A stretch of DNA of 64,000 nucleotides from positions 12,700,081-12,764,080 of the forward strand of contig CM119266.1 of the NCBI GenBank assembly GCA_051294375.1, in the 5' to 3' direction. Numbering within the stretch: position 1 is the stretch's first letter; the number at the start of each line of letters is the position of its first letter. Of this stretch, positions 13,813 to 26,604 are shown piece by piece. The position numbers and the translations under genes are program-made. The notes under the pieces were generated by a model. It searched no databases. It saw only the letters and a program-made list of their open reading frames with translations, and was not told where the DNA came from. This DNA comes from Paraspadella gotoi. Lineage: Eukaryota > Animalia > Chaetognatha.

Positions 13813-14217
13813 GCGGGAAAACCCATAAAGATGGACGGTCGTAAGGACGTCAAGATAAATGAAGGTAAGGGAGAATAAGTGAAAGACTAGAAATGATTGG
13901 AAGTGAACAAAAAAATAGCAAAAAGAGGAAAAGATGGAAAAGTAACAAGAAAATAAGATAATATAAAATAAAGAATTAAGAAAGTCATAAGTATGTATGA
14001 GCCGCTAACTATATTGTAATTAATTTTAATTTTTAATAAAAAGAGGTCGGGTGAAAAAAAGGTATGTAAATGAATTCTTGGGCGAAAGAGAAAAGTTATG
14101 AAGACAAATCTGGTCATGAATGAAGTTTAGCGGGAGAAAAGGAGCAGAGAGAAAAATTGGGTATATGATGGAGTCCGACGTTGGAGTAGCGAGATGTAAA
14201 AGAAAGAAAGATAGAGG

Positions 14218-14219
14218 GA

Positions 14220-14303
<84 letters not shown>

Positions 14304-14331
14304 ATGAATGAATGAATGAATGAATGAATGA
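14218..14331. repeat. Compound (AAAG)n(AATG)n microsatellite
   Basis: Directly visible. Confidence 0.95.
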
Positions 14332-15950
14332 ATCTTTGCTCGTTGCCCTCCGATGCCGCCCTCTCACTTCAATTCGAGGTGGGAACCCAATTTTTTCTCT
14401 GGAGAATCCAAAAGCCGTAAACATAAAAAGAGGGAAAATTAAAAAAAGGGAGAGAGATAGAGACAGAGACTGGGGTACATAGACTTTCGAGACATAACAT
14501 AGTGAGAGAGAGACAGAGACAGAGACAGAGAGCGAGAATGAAGAGTCGTCGGCGGCAGAGATAGGCGGAGAACGACGAATCGTAACAAGTTCAAATTTGC
14601 CCGAGATTCGAAAAATCGTTTCCCCCGATTCGATTTCAGAGAGAGAGAGAGAGAGCGTCGAGTAAATAGGAAAAATGACCAGAAAACAGCGGGGTATATT
14701 TAATATTATTTTTTTTTTTAAATCGACTTCGGCAAAAATATTTTTGAATCGAAATAAACTATATTTTTTTTATTCTTTGACTATAGACTCCATCCCGACT
14801 AGAAATAAAAATTTGTAATCGAAACGAATTAAAACTTCTTTTTTTTAAATTGATGTGGAGATTCTTGAAATTTCTCTGAATTTTATATCCATCGGTGAAA
14901 AAGGAATGGAAAAAATAGTCAGTGAATTTCGAAGCAGAAATTTTTTTTGTCAGAAAAAAAAAATCGTGGAATGGTTTTTGAGGTTTTAAAGTAGCGTCGA
15001 ATGAACGAATGACTTATGAATGAAAAAGAAGGAACAAATCGTGAACGAACGAACGAACCTACGAACGAACCTTCGAACGAAGTAACGAAGGAACGAAGGA
15101 ACGAACGAAGGAACGAAGGAACGAAGTCACGAAGCAACGAAGGAACGAAGGAACAAACGAACGAACGAATGAACGAACGAACGAAGAGGAAACATGAAAA
15201 AGATCGGACGAGACGAGGGGATGACGAAAAAAAAACTGACCCGGTTTGTATCGAGGTGCGTAACCATTGAGCGGCGAGCGTCGATGATGGACGATCGCCA
15301 GACGAAATCTCGATCAGCCATTCCCGATTGCTCTCTTCCTCATTGTTGTCTCTTTGCCATTGCAATCGCCAGACAAGAACGGGTTGTGTCGTTTACATTG
15401 CTTCATCGCTCATTGCTGCCTCTGTTCCATATTGATATTGACGGGCCATGTTTTTTGTTGGACATTGTGATATAAAGAGACAGGCTCTCTCTCTCTCTCT
15501 CTCTCTCATCATTCACGAGTTGAGTCTTTAAACATTTGTTTTAATGTCTTTCGTAAATTTTATTCGAACCGATTGGTAGAAATGAAATATCACTTAAACG
15601 TTCACACTTCAAAATTTCACATTCCTTTCCCATTAATGTCACATTCACATTCACTTTTAACGCCAGATTTCTTTTCTTCTTTTGTTCCAATCGACTCGTT
15701 TCGATTTAACACAGCGCAATCAATTTCACTGCGGCAATCACACCGGATCAAGGTCGACTCTTACAAGGACTCTATCAAACTACTACGATGCAAATGAAAA
15801 AAAAAAGAAACGAAAGAATAAAAAAAGAAACAGAAAAAGAAACAGAAAAAGAAAAAGAAAAAAAGGAGTCATTTCGAGCGCAAATTCGATCACCAAATAA
15901 TCATTCTATAAAACTTCATCAACTTAGTCGCGCGCGGGATCTGAATCGCT

Positions 15951-15995
<45 letters not shown>

Positions 15996-16009
15996 CGTTG
16001 TTGTCTTGT

Positions 16010-16068
<59 letters not shown>

Positions 16069-16080
16069 AGAGAAAGAGAG

Positions 16081-16118
<38 letters not shown>

Positions 16119-17408
16119 AGACAGAAGACAGAAAGACAGACATAGAAACAGAAAGGACCATTAAAGAATGGACAGAAGAACGGCGCAATATACGTATTAA
16201 GTTTTTGTAATAAAGAATTACTTTCAGCAAAATATGCTTTTGCATCTTAGTTTGAAGATTTTTCCGTTCACTAAGATGCTCAGAAAATACTGCATAAAAT
16301 TCTCGTTTCACGCTGACGCCAATTTTTTTTTTTTTTCGCCCGGTTTCCATCGATGTCGTTTTGACGTCTCAGACTCTGTTACAGACTCCATCTGAATACG
16401 CAATCGAATCACTTATTCTTTTATGTATTTAAATGTGTTTTTTTTTCTCGTTTTTTTTTCTTTGGCGTGGGCGTCGAAAGAGTCAATCGATAGCAAAGCG
16501 GAATCGAAAGTAAAAAGAGGAAAAAAAACAAACAAAAAAAACAACTTAGATGCAATCTTCACCTTCTCCTTGTTTTTTTTCTTTTCTTTTATTTCTTTCT
16601 TTTGTCAGAGAGGATAACGTGAACGGGAAACCCTAAATCGAAGAGAAAAAGCGAAGAGTCAAAGCAAAGAGGCCAGGCCTAAATGAGGAGCGATGGCGAT
16701 CGAAGAACAAAAAAAGGGATTAAGTAAACAAAACAAAAGAACATGATAAGCGAAAACAAAACAAAAAAGTCGAGTGGTGGTTGTGGTTTTTATTGAAAAA
16801 AAAAAGTATTTTAAAGTTTCACTCTTTTTTTTTTATTGTAAATAAAAAAACTTGGGTTATTGTGGTTTTTATGCTGCCGTTAAAAACGAAACAAATAAAA
16901 ACTAAAACATTTAGATAAATCTATCCGTTTTTTTTTTCGTTGGTAAAGGAAAATACAACACAAAGTGTTATAAAAGTAAATACCTGAAATTAGCCTTCGG
17001 GAACGAGCCTGTCAAGCAAGTTCAAAAAAAAAAATCAGGCTTTCAGAATTAAAAAAAAATCTTTTTTCTTTGTCGATCACGATTTCATTAATTTTGTCTA
17101 CATTTTCCTTCTCTTTAATTTTGGATAAATTTTTTTTCGACAAGAATATATTGCGTTGAGAATAAAAATATAATCGAATCTTAACATTTCTGCTCCGATC
17201 TATTCTTTTTATGAATCAAGATTCTAAGTTATGCCTTCCCACGCGCCTCTCAATCTCTTCACGCACGCCTCTTTAATACCTCTCCTTTCTCCCCCCCTAC
17301 GTCCACCTTAACTCTTCCCTTTTTTCCTTTCCTCCACCCCCGCCCTCCCCACCTTCCAAATACTCACGGAGGGCAGATCTTTTAAGTTTTGTCCATGACC
17401 AGACATAG

Positions 17409-17465
17409 TGACGTCACGTGATCAGCGAGAAATCGCGTCGTCGATGTCGTCTGCTTCCGGTTTCC
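17409..17465. promoter_or_regulatory. CRE/E-box composite TGACGTCACGTGA followed by an ETS-like site (gcttccggttt) at the edge of a CpG-rich island
   Basis: Motifs seen directly; same module composition as at 4304-4364. Confidence 0.35.
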
Positions 17466-18539
17466 TCTTTTCCTCGCCGAAGTCGCGAGCCATCGCGTCC
17501 GAAGCCGTCCGAACGTCTCTCTCTCTGTCCGACTGTACGAACCGCGGCGTCCGTCGACTCCGTCGAGCCCTTCCGATGCGACTTGCGAGATGAGCGAGAG
17601 AGTGTCGTCTTTGTAATTCGATTATATGATGCCTTCAAAGCGCTTAACGATTAAGTCAGGACTTCTGTAATTCGGTAAGGATCGCGTCTTTTTTCCGTAA
17701 TTCGTCCGTATTGATATTTTCGCGCCTTCAAAGTTTCCCGACGTCTCGAAATTCGAAGAACGTCGAAGCACTTCGTCAAACTGGGCGAGTCTCAACTCGT
17801 TCGTCAGGGCCTCGACTCGAGAGGGCCTTTTGTCACCGTCTCTCTTGATCGACGGTCTCGATCCAAGAGTCTCTCGACCCTTTCCTCCTTCGGCGTCGAG
17901 TTTTCTTTCCAAGAAACTAAATCAAAACAAATCCCCCGCTCCCGGAGTTTTGTTTTGTCGTCAAAAACAGGACAGGCGAAAGTTTCGTCGTAATTCTTCG
18001 TCCAAAAACGAGAAGAAAACGGAGAAAAACGAGAATCGACTCGTTTCTGGTTTAGAGAGGGACACAAAAACAACGATAGAGATGGAGAGATAGAGAGAAA
18101 AGACATACACACACACAAAACAGCATATAGAGATATAAGCCCAGACCAGCTCTGGCATTTGCATTCGAGAGTCGAACGTGAAGACAGCGATTCTAGTCCG
18201 GGACTCGGCGAAGGGAAGAGGATAGCGGCCCCGATCGAGCACGGAGGAAGAGGAGAGGCGGGGCCTCGTTGCTCTCTCGTTCTGCTTCTTCTAACCGAGC
18301 AACGAAGTCGAGGGATCTCGGGTCTGGCAACATCCAAGGCTCCCAGGAAGAAGAGGAAAGCGAGATAAAAAGGAGAGGATCGGATCGGGCAACTCGTCCT
18401 GTTTTTTTGGGGGATATATTTTCGCTTGTTTGCCTTCTGTTGTTTATGATAAGGTTGGTTTTTAGTAAACACTATTTAATGTACGATTTTCTTCTTTCTT
18501 AGATTAATTGACTATGAAATTGGTATAACCAAAAATCTC

Positions 18540-18540
<1 letters not shown>

Positions 18541-18633
<93 letters not shown>

Positions 18634-18656
18634 TATTGATGATTGATTGATTGATT
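18541..18656. repeat. (TGAT)n tetranucleotide microsatellite
   Basis: Directly visible, about 29 units. Confidence 0.95.
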
Positions 18657-19942
18657 TCTATCCATTATTAACTTAACGTTTTGTCATTTAGTTTAACATG
18701 TATGAATTTTTTTTTTAATTTATTTTAAGATAAGAATCGGTGAAAATACACAAAGCTGGGAAAATACTCTTTGTAACTAAACATTACTGCCACTAAACGA
18801 AAATATTTTTCTACCGAAAAAAAAAGTTTAATCGAGTCTTGTTTTTAGTCACGAAATAATTTTAACCTTCGATAACAGCCCTCTTTTTATTTTGTAATGT
18901 ACATGTTATATGTTATTCATAATTGTCACTTTTTAATCCTTATCCATATGTACTTCTTCTTTCTGTACAAAAAAAATAAAGAAACAAAAAAATCGTCTCC
19001 TTTTCAAAGTCACTTCACGCGACATAATGATTGTGAAAGGCGAAAGAAGTCGATTGGGCGATGACGTGAGCCCAAAAGAAAAGAAAAAACTCACGACATT
19101 TCTTTTCCCTTTTTTTCTCTATTTCTTTCACGAACGTCTCTCTTCACCCAACGACTTCTTTCTCCTTTTTTTTTCCTTTCTCCTCTTTAAAATCCTTTCA
19201 CGCCTCGTCCTTTCCAGCTGTATCCCTCGTCTAACCCTAAGAAAGAAAATCTTCGTCATAACAAATCGGATGAAAAAAATCATCACGTACAGCAGCGGCG
19301 GCAGCGGCGACAGCAGCAGCGGCCGTCAAATCTTTCTTTGTGTTCATCTCCCCCGCCCCCACTTCCCTCGGCTCATCGCCATCTTTTTTTTTGTCTATCT
19401 TTCTCTTTCATTCTCTCCATCTCTCACTCTCTCTCGCTTCCGGTCCAGACGCGCCAGATAGTCGGGTCGAAATGGATTCGGAGAGAATTTCGACGCAAAA
19501 GGGAGAATGAGACAGAGAGAGAATCGCGACCAAACTTGCCCTTTCGAGTTCGACGATCTCAGTCCCTTCGTTCCCGAGAAAAACCACACAGCTGATCCCC
19601 CAGGTTTTGACACATGACTGCAGCCGCTGCTCTGCGTGTTTTGATACGAACCGACGAATCTGAAGCCTGATTGGTCGACGGGGCCCAGCTGCTGCTCTAC
19701 CAAGGGCTTTTGCGATTGGTCAGTGTTTTTCGGCAGCAGCTGCAGGTTCGACCATGGATGACGATGACAACGATGATACATCCTGTGATTAATTACTATT
19801 TATACGAAAGTGCTCACAAACTATTTAAATTAAAGGGAGTCTGGTTTTTTAAATTTAATTCATTGTGAAGTTTTATTTCCACTGCTGAGTGAAAGGGAAA
19901 AAAATGAGAGATTATCATACAAAGAGAAAGAGGTGGAGAGAA

Positions 19943-19991
<49 letters not shown>

Positions 19992-21020
19992 AGAGAGAGA
20001 GAGAGAAGAGAGAGAGAGAGCGGGTTAGTCTCAATTAAGAACCTGAGGCCAAAAATAAGGGCGAAGGATCTAAATATGTCTCCATAATTAAGGACAAAAT
20101 CATTTTTAGGATTTGCAGAACTTTTGCGGTTTTGATGCTAATACGGGAATCGAATAACGATAAGGAAAACTATGTACTATAGTTGTAAGAGTGTGTTTGG
20201 TTAAGATTTACTTATACTACGTATATTGATTATTCAGAAATGTCTTATAAAGAGTCATGATGTTTTCTCAACTTAAGGTTTTAAGGCACTAGGATTTATC
20301 AATGCAGCTGTTGCGCTTCACAATCGTCTTTGTTATGAAGGGAAAAAATTAGATTCCGAGACAAGAAAGGAAAAGACAATATTTCCCTTTTTAATGGATC
20401 GCGAATAAAGAGAACAAATGATTAGTTTAAAACTGTATCTGGGAGAATATCAAGAGAGCTTAAAACTGCAATCAGTGACCGGTTTGGTTTCCACTGTTCT
20501 TAAAAGCCGCTGTCAGAAAATGTTCGTCAAGAAATTAAGAATAAAGCATAAAGAATAAATTAAGATATTATTCGTAAAAGCTGAAATGGATTTTTTCATA
20601 TAGCAAAAGGGACTAATATGGTAATAAGAAATCAGAATCCCGTGACATCATGTCTTGTCATTTTGTCTTGATCTTACCGTCGTACTTCTCACCAGAGGGC
20701 TACTAAACAGGTGAGGGGTCTTTTGTTTTGTTAAAAGCCGCAAAAGCAATAAAGAAGGAAGTAATAACAAAGTTTACCATGTATCAAGAACTTTAATCAT
20801 ATGCATATGTTGAGAATAACTCGCACCAAAAAATATTAAATAGATTGACTCTATTTATCCACATTAATACAGTGAGTAAAACATCGGACATATATATTTT
20901 TTTTTAGAAAACGAATAAAACGATAATTATCCTCTAGTCTAAGAATCCAAATGTCCACAACAATGATATAATCACAACTACGAAACTCAAACGGAAAAAG
21001 TTGTTAGAAAAGAAGACGCC

Positions 21021-21056
<36 letters not shown>

Positions 21057-21058
21057 CT

Positions 21059-21095
<37 letters not shown>

Positions 21096-22130
21096 TCTCT
21101 TTCTCTCAGGAAATAGGCGGGACCTCGAGAATGTTAACAAGTAGCTAAAAAAAGGTGAAAGGAAAAGTCTGGGCTCAACCGAAGAAGAATCTTTCTTCTT
21201 CGGTTTTTTTTTTCTTTTCTCCGCTTTCCTTAATTAGTACGAAGATATACGTGTATAAAATATAATTTTTTTTTCGGCAAAGCTTTCCAATTGTTAGTTT
21301 TCATTTTTATTGTATCTGCAAAGCATTTTGTAGACGCCAAAAGACAGATGGAAGATGCTAGTAGAGTGTATGTTTTTTTTTCTTTTACCTTCTCTATTTC
21401 CCATGGAACAGTTACCTCGGCTCGTAAAAACGCTTGCTTTCTATATTAACGAGAACAAGGAAAACTCTTTACAGCTTCTTGTTGTTGTAGTTAGAAAATG
21501 TGGGGTCTACTATGAAATCTGCTGGGACCGAATGAGACCGGATCACGTAGCCCCACCCCCCCCCCGGCCCTCCCTCCCTTCCTGTTTTACCTAAGTATTA
21601 AGATCTATTGAGATCAAGTTTGGCTGAAATGAGGAAAACCGATTGAGTCAAGGAAGTAAAGCGATGAACCCACGAAGATGAGTGGTCGGATATCAACAAC
21701 GAAACGGAAGCGAAACTAAACGAAAACAAAACGAAACGAGCGAAACAAGAGAGACAAAGACTCTCCGAGTCTCCGTAGCTCAATTTTCTCCCCCAACAAA
21801 AAAATGATCTTTTAACTTGGAAGCTTAAAATTCCCTTTCATCTCTTAAGCCTCTCTTCAGACTTGTCTCGCCGAAAAAAAAAGTTTTTTTTTGTAGTGAC
21901 TCACGTCGGTTTTGTTTGTTTTGTTTTTTTTTTAATTTGTTAAATATAATTTTTTTTTTAAAGAATGAAAGGTTAATTGGAAGATGAGCCAAAGTTGGAG
22001 GTAAGAGAAAAACGATAACGGACTTAAACGAATCTTCCTCTTTCCTCTTTTTTGCATGGGATCGATTTTCCCTTGAAATCTTATCTTTGGGATCTTTTCT
22101 CTCTTTAATTTTTTTTTAAACTTATTTTGA

Positions 22131-22132
<2 letters not shown>

Positions 22133-22218
<86 letters not shown>
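22133..22218. repeat. (CT)n microsatellite
   Basis: Directly visible perfect tract. Confidence 0.95.
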
Positions 22219-22223
<5 letters not shown>

Positions 22224-23962
22224 ATTTTCTGTCTTTCTTTTCTCCTTTCCCTCTGCCGGCGAACATCGGAGATTAATGAAGTCTTCGGGAAGGAAACGAT
22301 TAGGAAAAACGGTGAAAATGTTTTTTTTCTTCTTTTTTACTAACTTTTTCTTTCCTTTCAAAATTTCACCTTAGTTTTCCTCTTTTTTACCTTTTTTCTC
22401 CCTTAAAAATTTTACCTCCCGCCCGGCATTTCGCTTTTCATCGCTTTTGTCTTTTCGTTTTTCGCTTGAAATTTTAATTTCGTTAATTTAGCAACTGCGC
22501 CATCCCCGATGGCAAAATACTTTTCCTTAAAGATATAAAAAAAATTAAAACGTTTCATTTATGATAAAGATTTGGTTTCTTAAAAGAAAAAAAAAAACCC
22601 AAAAAAATAACAGAATATAAAAGACACTACGATATATCGTTTTGATATTTTTCTCCCTTTTTTGATGAAGTGGTTGATGCTTCGTCTTGTCACGAAACAA
22701 GCGTTTCTTTATTAGATTTAACATCATGTTGAAATTGAAATTTTACTGTAAAAAATTTTAGCGGTTTTAAGCCTTTTTGTTTTATTTTTTCCTTTTCATC
22801 CCTGTTCATTTTCACATAATCTTATGAAACTTATACTACCAGAATGAGATTATCCATTCATTCAATTAATAAGCTATCTTGCCCCTCACTTTGGACGGGC
22901 AAACAGTGGATTAATTCAGATTAATCTGTCTTGTCAGAGGTCAACGACCAAACGTTGCGGCTTCCGATTATGGACTCTGATTCGCTTTAGTAGAGTTTCC
23001 TTCCCCCATGACCCCATCTCGAAATAAACAATTGACTTTCTCGACATTTGAAATGAATAAAAAGAGTTTCTAAACTTTCCCTTCCGCTCTCTCCCATGGG
23101 GAGGCGTTTCGGGGGTGGAGAGTGGCTGAGGTCATTTGTCAGCTCTTTTTTTTTATAATTTGTCGATCGTCTAGAAAAAAAAATATAAAAATAAAAATTC
23201 GAAAAACACACCTGTTAAAAAGACAAAACTTAACTTACGATCACGATGAAACGCGTTTATTTTTTTACGGTTTTTAAAACTGTGACTAGAATATTACGAC
23301 CTTAACATCAAAAAGGTTTCTAAAAAAAACTTACTCGGTTTTTTTTTAACTAAAAGAATTTAAACAAGAAAAAAAAATTTACTCAAATAAAATATTTTTT
23401 TTTAAAAAAAAGTGTTCGAGAAACTATTTCGAACGCTGATCGGAATTCACAGGATTTTCATTCTCGCGGATTTGATCGCGCGACCTTCGAAGTGTGTGAT
23501 TGGTGAAGGGAATGATTGTCGTTTTTCGTCGTCGTCGTCGTCATCGTCGTCATCGGGTTTCACTCCTTCGCCTAAATGATACATCAATGTCCTTCAAACT
23601 CGCCTTTGTCGTTGTCGGCTTCGTCATCGTCCATCCCGACTTGGCCTTTTTTCGTCTTTCTTCGTCATCGTCGTCTTTATCATCGTCGTACAATTTCCCA
23701 CGTCGATTGGGATTGACGCCTCGACCCCACAGCTTCGCCCGCGCCGCTCCCAAAGCACCACATTCTTCACCTCTGGCCACACCCGATCACTCCTTCAACA
23801 TTAACCGACTCCACGACCCATTTTAAAACTTGGAAGCCTTAATCAGAGGTGTTACCTGCAATGCATGTCGCTTCAACGATTGCAGTTAATTCATCACCTG
23901 TCGAACCACGACCCAGAAACATTTTCTCATATTTCAAATTGTAATCCCTTTCGATCCTCTAA

Positions 23963-24094
23963 CCATCCTTACTGCTAATCCATCAACCACTAACTATCCT
24001 TCAAACCAAAACCTGGCAAATTCGAACATCTAGCCATCCTTACTGCTAATCCATCAACCACTAACTATCCTTCAACCCAAACCCTGGCAAATTC
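23963..24094. repeat. Near-perfect ~60-bp direct duplication (period ~71 bp)
   Basis: ccatccttactgctaatccatcaaccactaactatccttcaa...cctggcaaattc occurs twice. Confidence 0.85.
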
Positions 24095-25965
24095 ACCATC
24101 TCCCATCCTCTACTACTCCCATTCTCTACTACAGCGATTCCCATCAAAAGTCTGCGCAAGAAAGAAATTTTAACAACTAATTCTCTCTCTCTCCCGTCGA
24201 GAGAGGTAAAAGGATTTTCGAGAGGGAGACATTTTGGCTCTGACCTCTTCTCCTCGCCTGTCCTACCCACTTCTCCCCCCTCCTCCTCCTTCGATCTACT
24301 CGTCTCTGATTGTGTTACGCGTTAAAAGCCGTCGTGACGTCGTGAGGAAAGTCCCAAAAATTGATTTTCACGAGAAGGCGAATTTGTTTTTAAAAAAAAA
24401 GTCACTTCGCATTCACACGACTCGAAAACGGGATATATATTCAATAACAACGACAACTCCATTTTCTCTTCACCAACCAAAACAACTTTTAAAGCTCTTT
24501 TTTTTTTTAGCCTAATCTTTTCGAACAAAAGCAATAAATTGGAAAACCTCTACCGGAAATGTATGAAGATTCCTCCAGCTTTTTTAGGTGGCTCGGTCAT
24601 CGTTTTGTCAAACTTGCTTATGAAACCTTTACAAGCAGTTACATTTACATTTCTTGTTTTTGAAGCGAGATCGCGTACAAACTCTGAAAGCCTCTTCATG
24701 AAAAAGAAAAAAAAAACTCCCGTCTCTTGTCAAGATCTCCCAAGCAGATTCGAGCGGGACAAAAGATGGGATTTAAAGTTTAATCCTTCACAAAAGAGAA
24801 GAAATCGGGGACGAAGGAAATGAAAAAACTCGCCCAAGCGTTTCAGTGAAAAAGAGAAGAAAATGATTGGATTTGAAATTTAGTCGACGTTTGAATGAAA
24901 AAGAGGGGGAAAAAATTGATTAGATTTTAAATCTAGTCAACAAAGCGCGAACCATTCAGCCCGAGATCGACTCGCCGTTCGCGCTGCCCGACGTAAACGT
25001 TTTCCTCGGGGCCTTGGCCTTTGTCGTAAATGTTCGAAAGTACATTTTATTATTCTTAAATCTCACGTCTTCCGAAACGTAAGCGTAGCCGACATTAACT
25101 TTTCGTTTTAAAAATTATATATTTATTTAATCCTGGGTTAAATGAGAACCACGAATGGGGGCTTCTGCTTCTTTTTTTTATTGAATTCGTACCTTCGAAA
25201 TCTTGACCAAATTACTCGCTCATTTTCAAACTTTCCGCTTAAATTTTTTCCTCGGAGGCTTCCAGAGATTTTGGGAGGAAGAAGTTAATTTAATTTATTG
25301 ATGTATAAAGTATACTATGGATTTTTTTTTTCTTTTCAATCGGCCGCCAAGGTGTTGAGCAAAAATTTTGCTCGCTCTAATATTTTTTATGTTAAGTAAA
25401 CATTTTTTTTACTCGCGAATTTGGATTCGGTGTTAAATTATTTTCATATTCCATTAAATGTAGCAACCTCTAACGTTTATTGTAGTGACACTTTAACTAC
25501 TAATAGCCTCATTTCCCTACACCCACTCGTTTATCTCTACAAGCTCAAAAAAACTATCCACCGTGACAGAAATTTATTAATAAATTCTCAGTTTCACTTA
25601 ATTTTTTCCCCCAAAGGAAAAAATTTTCAAGCGCATCCCTCCGGTTTTTTTTTCTCTCCTTTCTCGCGCTTTAAAAAAAAAAATTTCCACTTAGGCAAAA
25701 ATGCTAAAAACAAACAGTGGTGTTCTTAAAACGTTTTCCATTATGAAAACACCGATGAACATTTCTTCGCGAAAACAAATTTAAGGAGAAACGGGGGGAA
25801 AGAAAAAACTTTTGACTGCGTTAAACGATGGAGAAATTGGATCCTGCACCCCGAGACTTCGACCCTTGACGCGACGATAAAAAAAAAAAAAAGAGCAACT
25901 CAATCAACTCGAATTCAACGTCATTCGCAGATTTGTAAAAATTTCTTATTTCTCAATCTGGAAAC

Positions 25966-26540
25966 ATGTGGTTAGCGGCGTGGTCGACTATTTTCATGAC
26001 GCTGACGACCAATGGGTTCATTGTCGCCGCAATGGAACGGCGTCACTTTGGCGTCGCCAACGAATGGAACCGTTTCAGCGCAATAGTATCCAGTCTTGCG
26101 GATAGCGTCGATCAACATTCATCAAGGAGAGGTGATTGACGAGGGGTGAAACGATTCCATTTAACAACTTTTCGTATTTTTATACTTATAGTTATACTAG
26201 CTTGTTAAATTACATTAAATTCAATTAAAAGGCCGTTTTGGGTTACTTTTACTTTCGCCGACCGGGGTTTGGAAAGGGTTAGGGTTAAAGATGATTTAGG
26301 GGTAGTTTAGAGTTAGGGGTGGTTAAGGTTAAAAGGGTTTAGGGCTAGAGTAATTAAGTAATATTTTTTTAATTTTTTTTTAAATAAATATTTTTTTATA
26401 TTATTTTCTTTTTTTTCGTTGCTAAGTAAATATTGATAAAGGTTTAACGTTTTGCTAATACAACGATTTTTTTATTGTTAAGAGTTAAGAGAGTCGAAAC
26501 ATGTACTCTTTGTGAGTTTAGAAAAGAAGTGAAACTTTTT

Positions 26541-26604
<64 letters not shown>

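Noticed and set aside
19660-19725. Twin CCAAT boxes / ORF 19395-19781 as a gene
   Set aside because: No domain or reliable splice partners; the motifs are too short to support a call.
90-25729. Dozens of ORF-track ORFs (poly-L, SLSL, RERE, KERK, poly-C)
   Set aside because: They are translations of microsatellites or low-complexity DNA with no domain features; only 635-1537 was kept, as a tentative exon.
26275-26345. GGGTTA repeats as an interstitial telomere or chromosome fusion
   Set aside because: Short, degenerate and enclosed in MITE TIRs.
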